Origin: Octopus bimaculoides
Lineage: Eukaryota
Length of the DNA stretch: 64,000 nucleotides
NCBI RefSeq assembly: GCF_001194135.2
Contig: NC_068992.1
Location: forward strand, 16,831,380-16,895,379
Direction: 5' to 3'
The first letter of the stretch is position 1; every line of letters starts with the position of its first letter. Shown here in pieces: positions 62,839 through 64,000 of the stretch. The notes below the pieces were generated by a model. The model was not told the origin of the DNA. It searched no databases and saw only the letters and a program-made list of their open reading frames with translations. Both the position numbers and the translations under genes were made by a program.

Positions 62839-63021
62839 TTTACTTGTTTCAGTCATTTGACTGCGGCCATGCTACTCAGCACTTATTTTTTTGTAAGCCT
62901 AGTACTTATTCTATCGGGGGTCTTCATTGTTAAGTTACTGGAACATAAACACACCAACATCGGTTGTCAAGCGATGGTGGTGAGGACAAGCACAGACACA
63001 CAGACATACACACATACTTAC

Positions 63022-63060
<39 letters not shown>

Positions 63061-63215
63061 CGACTGGCTTCTTTCAGTTTCCATCTACCAAATCTGCTCA
63101 CAGGGCTTTGGTTGACCCGAGGCTATAGTAGAAGACACTAGGCCCACGTGCCACGCAGTGGAACTGAACGTGTGGTTGGAAAGCATGCTTCTTACCACGC
63201 AGCCAATTTTGCGCC
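62839..63215 (-). mobile_element. SINE family A, near full length
   Basis: Reverse complement collinear with 3239-3646, internal (CA/TG)n. Confidence 0.9.
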
Positions 63216-63334
63216 TATGTCCGAGTATATATTTAAATTTGCTTCGTTGTGTCATTGTGCCTCTAAATACCTTTTGTGAAAGATTGTGCAGGACACCCTA
63301 GTTACAATGTCGTATATTGATTTATAAAATACCC

Positions 63335-63410
63335 CACACTGGGGTCGATGTAATCGATTTATCCCCTTCGCCGAAACTTCTGGCCTTGTGCCAAAATTCG
63401 AAATCAATAT
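63335..63410 (+). mobile_element. SINE family B, 3' end
   Basis: cactggggtcgatgtaatcgatttatcccc..ggccttgtgccaaaattcgaaa. Confidence 0.8.
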
Positions 63411-63908
63411 CAAGGCTATCTGGCCGGCGGTTATTACCCCTTAGAAGGAGAGAGTTTGGAGCCTTTCGTGTTACTTAGCTATTCTTACCCCCAGTTCTCT
63501 GCACCAGCTTGCATTGTCTCTCTCACCCCTATTTTTCTAACTCTCCCATATTATCAGCCTTCAGGTGGCTACCCTAAAGATATGGGCCTAATGGGACGAG
63601 TGGTGGAGGAGACCGAATAGGTTATAGTTACGTTTCGGTTCTTTTAAATATAATTGTTTGTTTGGATTTCTTCTATTTCGTCCTCGACAGGATGCAGACA
63701 TGCAGGTGGGCGAGGGGGGAGGTATTAGGTAGAGAATAATATCTGGTATAAAAATCGTATGTTTTGTAAAGAAGAAATACTACAAACACTGAGAAGCGGG
63801 TGGTGGAAATGTTATTAACTTATCAGAGAAGAGAATGAAGATCTCCGGTATAGGTGGCGGAGTCGGGTATGGATGAGCATATTGATGGCAAGTAAGCTTC
63901 CAACGTTG

Positions 63909-63939
<31 letters not shown>

Positions 63940-64000
63940 TATCTATATTTCTAACATTGATGAGAGAAAGAATAAAAATAATTAAAATACGTTTCTTTCT

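Noticed and set aside
63420-63910. Purine-skewed block, possibly a Penelope ORF fragment
   Set aside because: No diagnostic motif could be read; left unassigned.

Overview
AT-rich, microsatellite-dense eukaryotic scaffold with 12 N-gaps, most flanked by simple repeats. The tRNA-derived SINE families and repeat landscape suggest an octopod cephalopod (Octopus-like); this is inference from recalled repeat consensus, not a database hit. No full-length host CDS is recognisable, and almost all ORFs in the track are microsatellite or N artefacts. The window looks intronic or intergenic. It holds about 30 SINE copies in three groups, MITEs with TA, TTAA or 8-bp target duplications, a mariner nested inside a SINE, and decayed R4/Dong LINE, piggyBac, hAT and Chapaev-like coding relics. 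The main signals are (i) several minimal type I hammerhead-ribozyme motifs with palindromic helix III: one intact at 14771-14818 (-), a tandem pair 161 nt apart at 7820-8033 (+), and a G3:C8-like variant overlapped by a 13-bp inverted repeat at 62221-62300; and (ii) a candidate minus-strand gene with a TATA/CRE/E-box promoter and hairpin-rich first exon near 42.75-43.1 kb plus possible signal-peptide exons at 27.1 and 24.8 kb. Gene identity could not be established.
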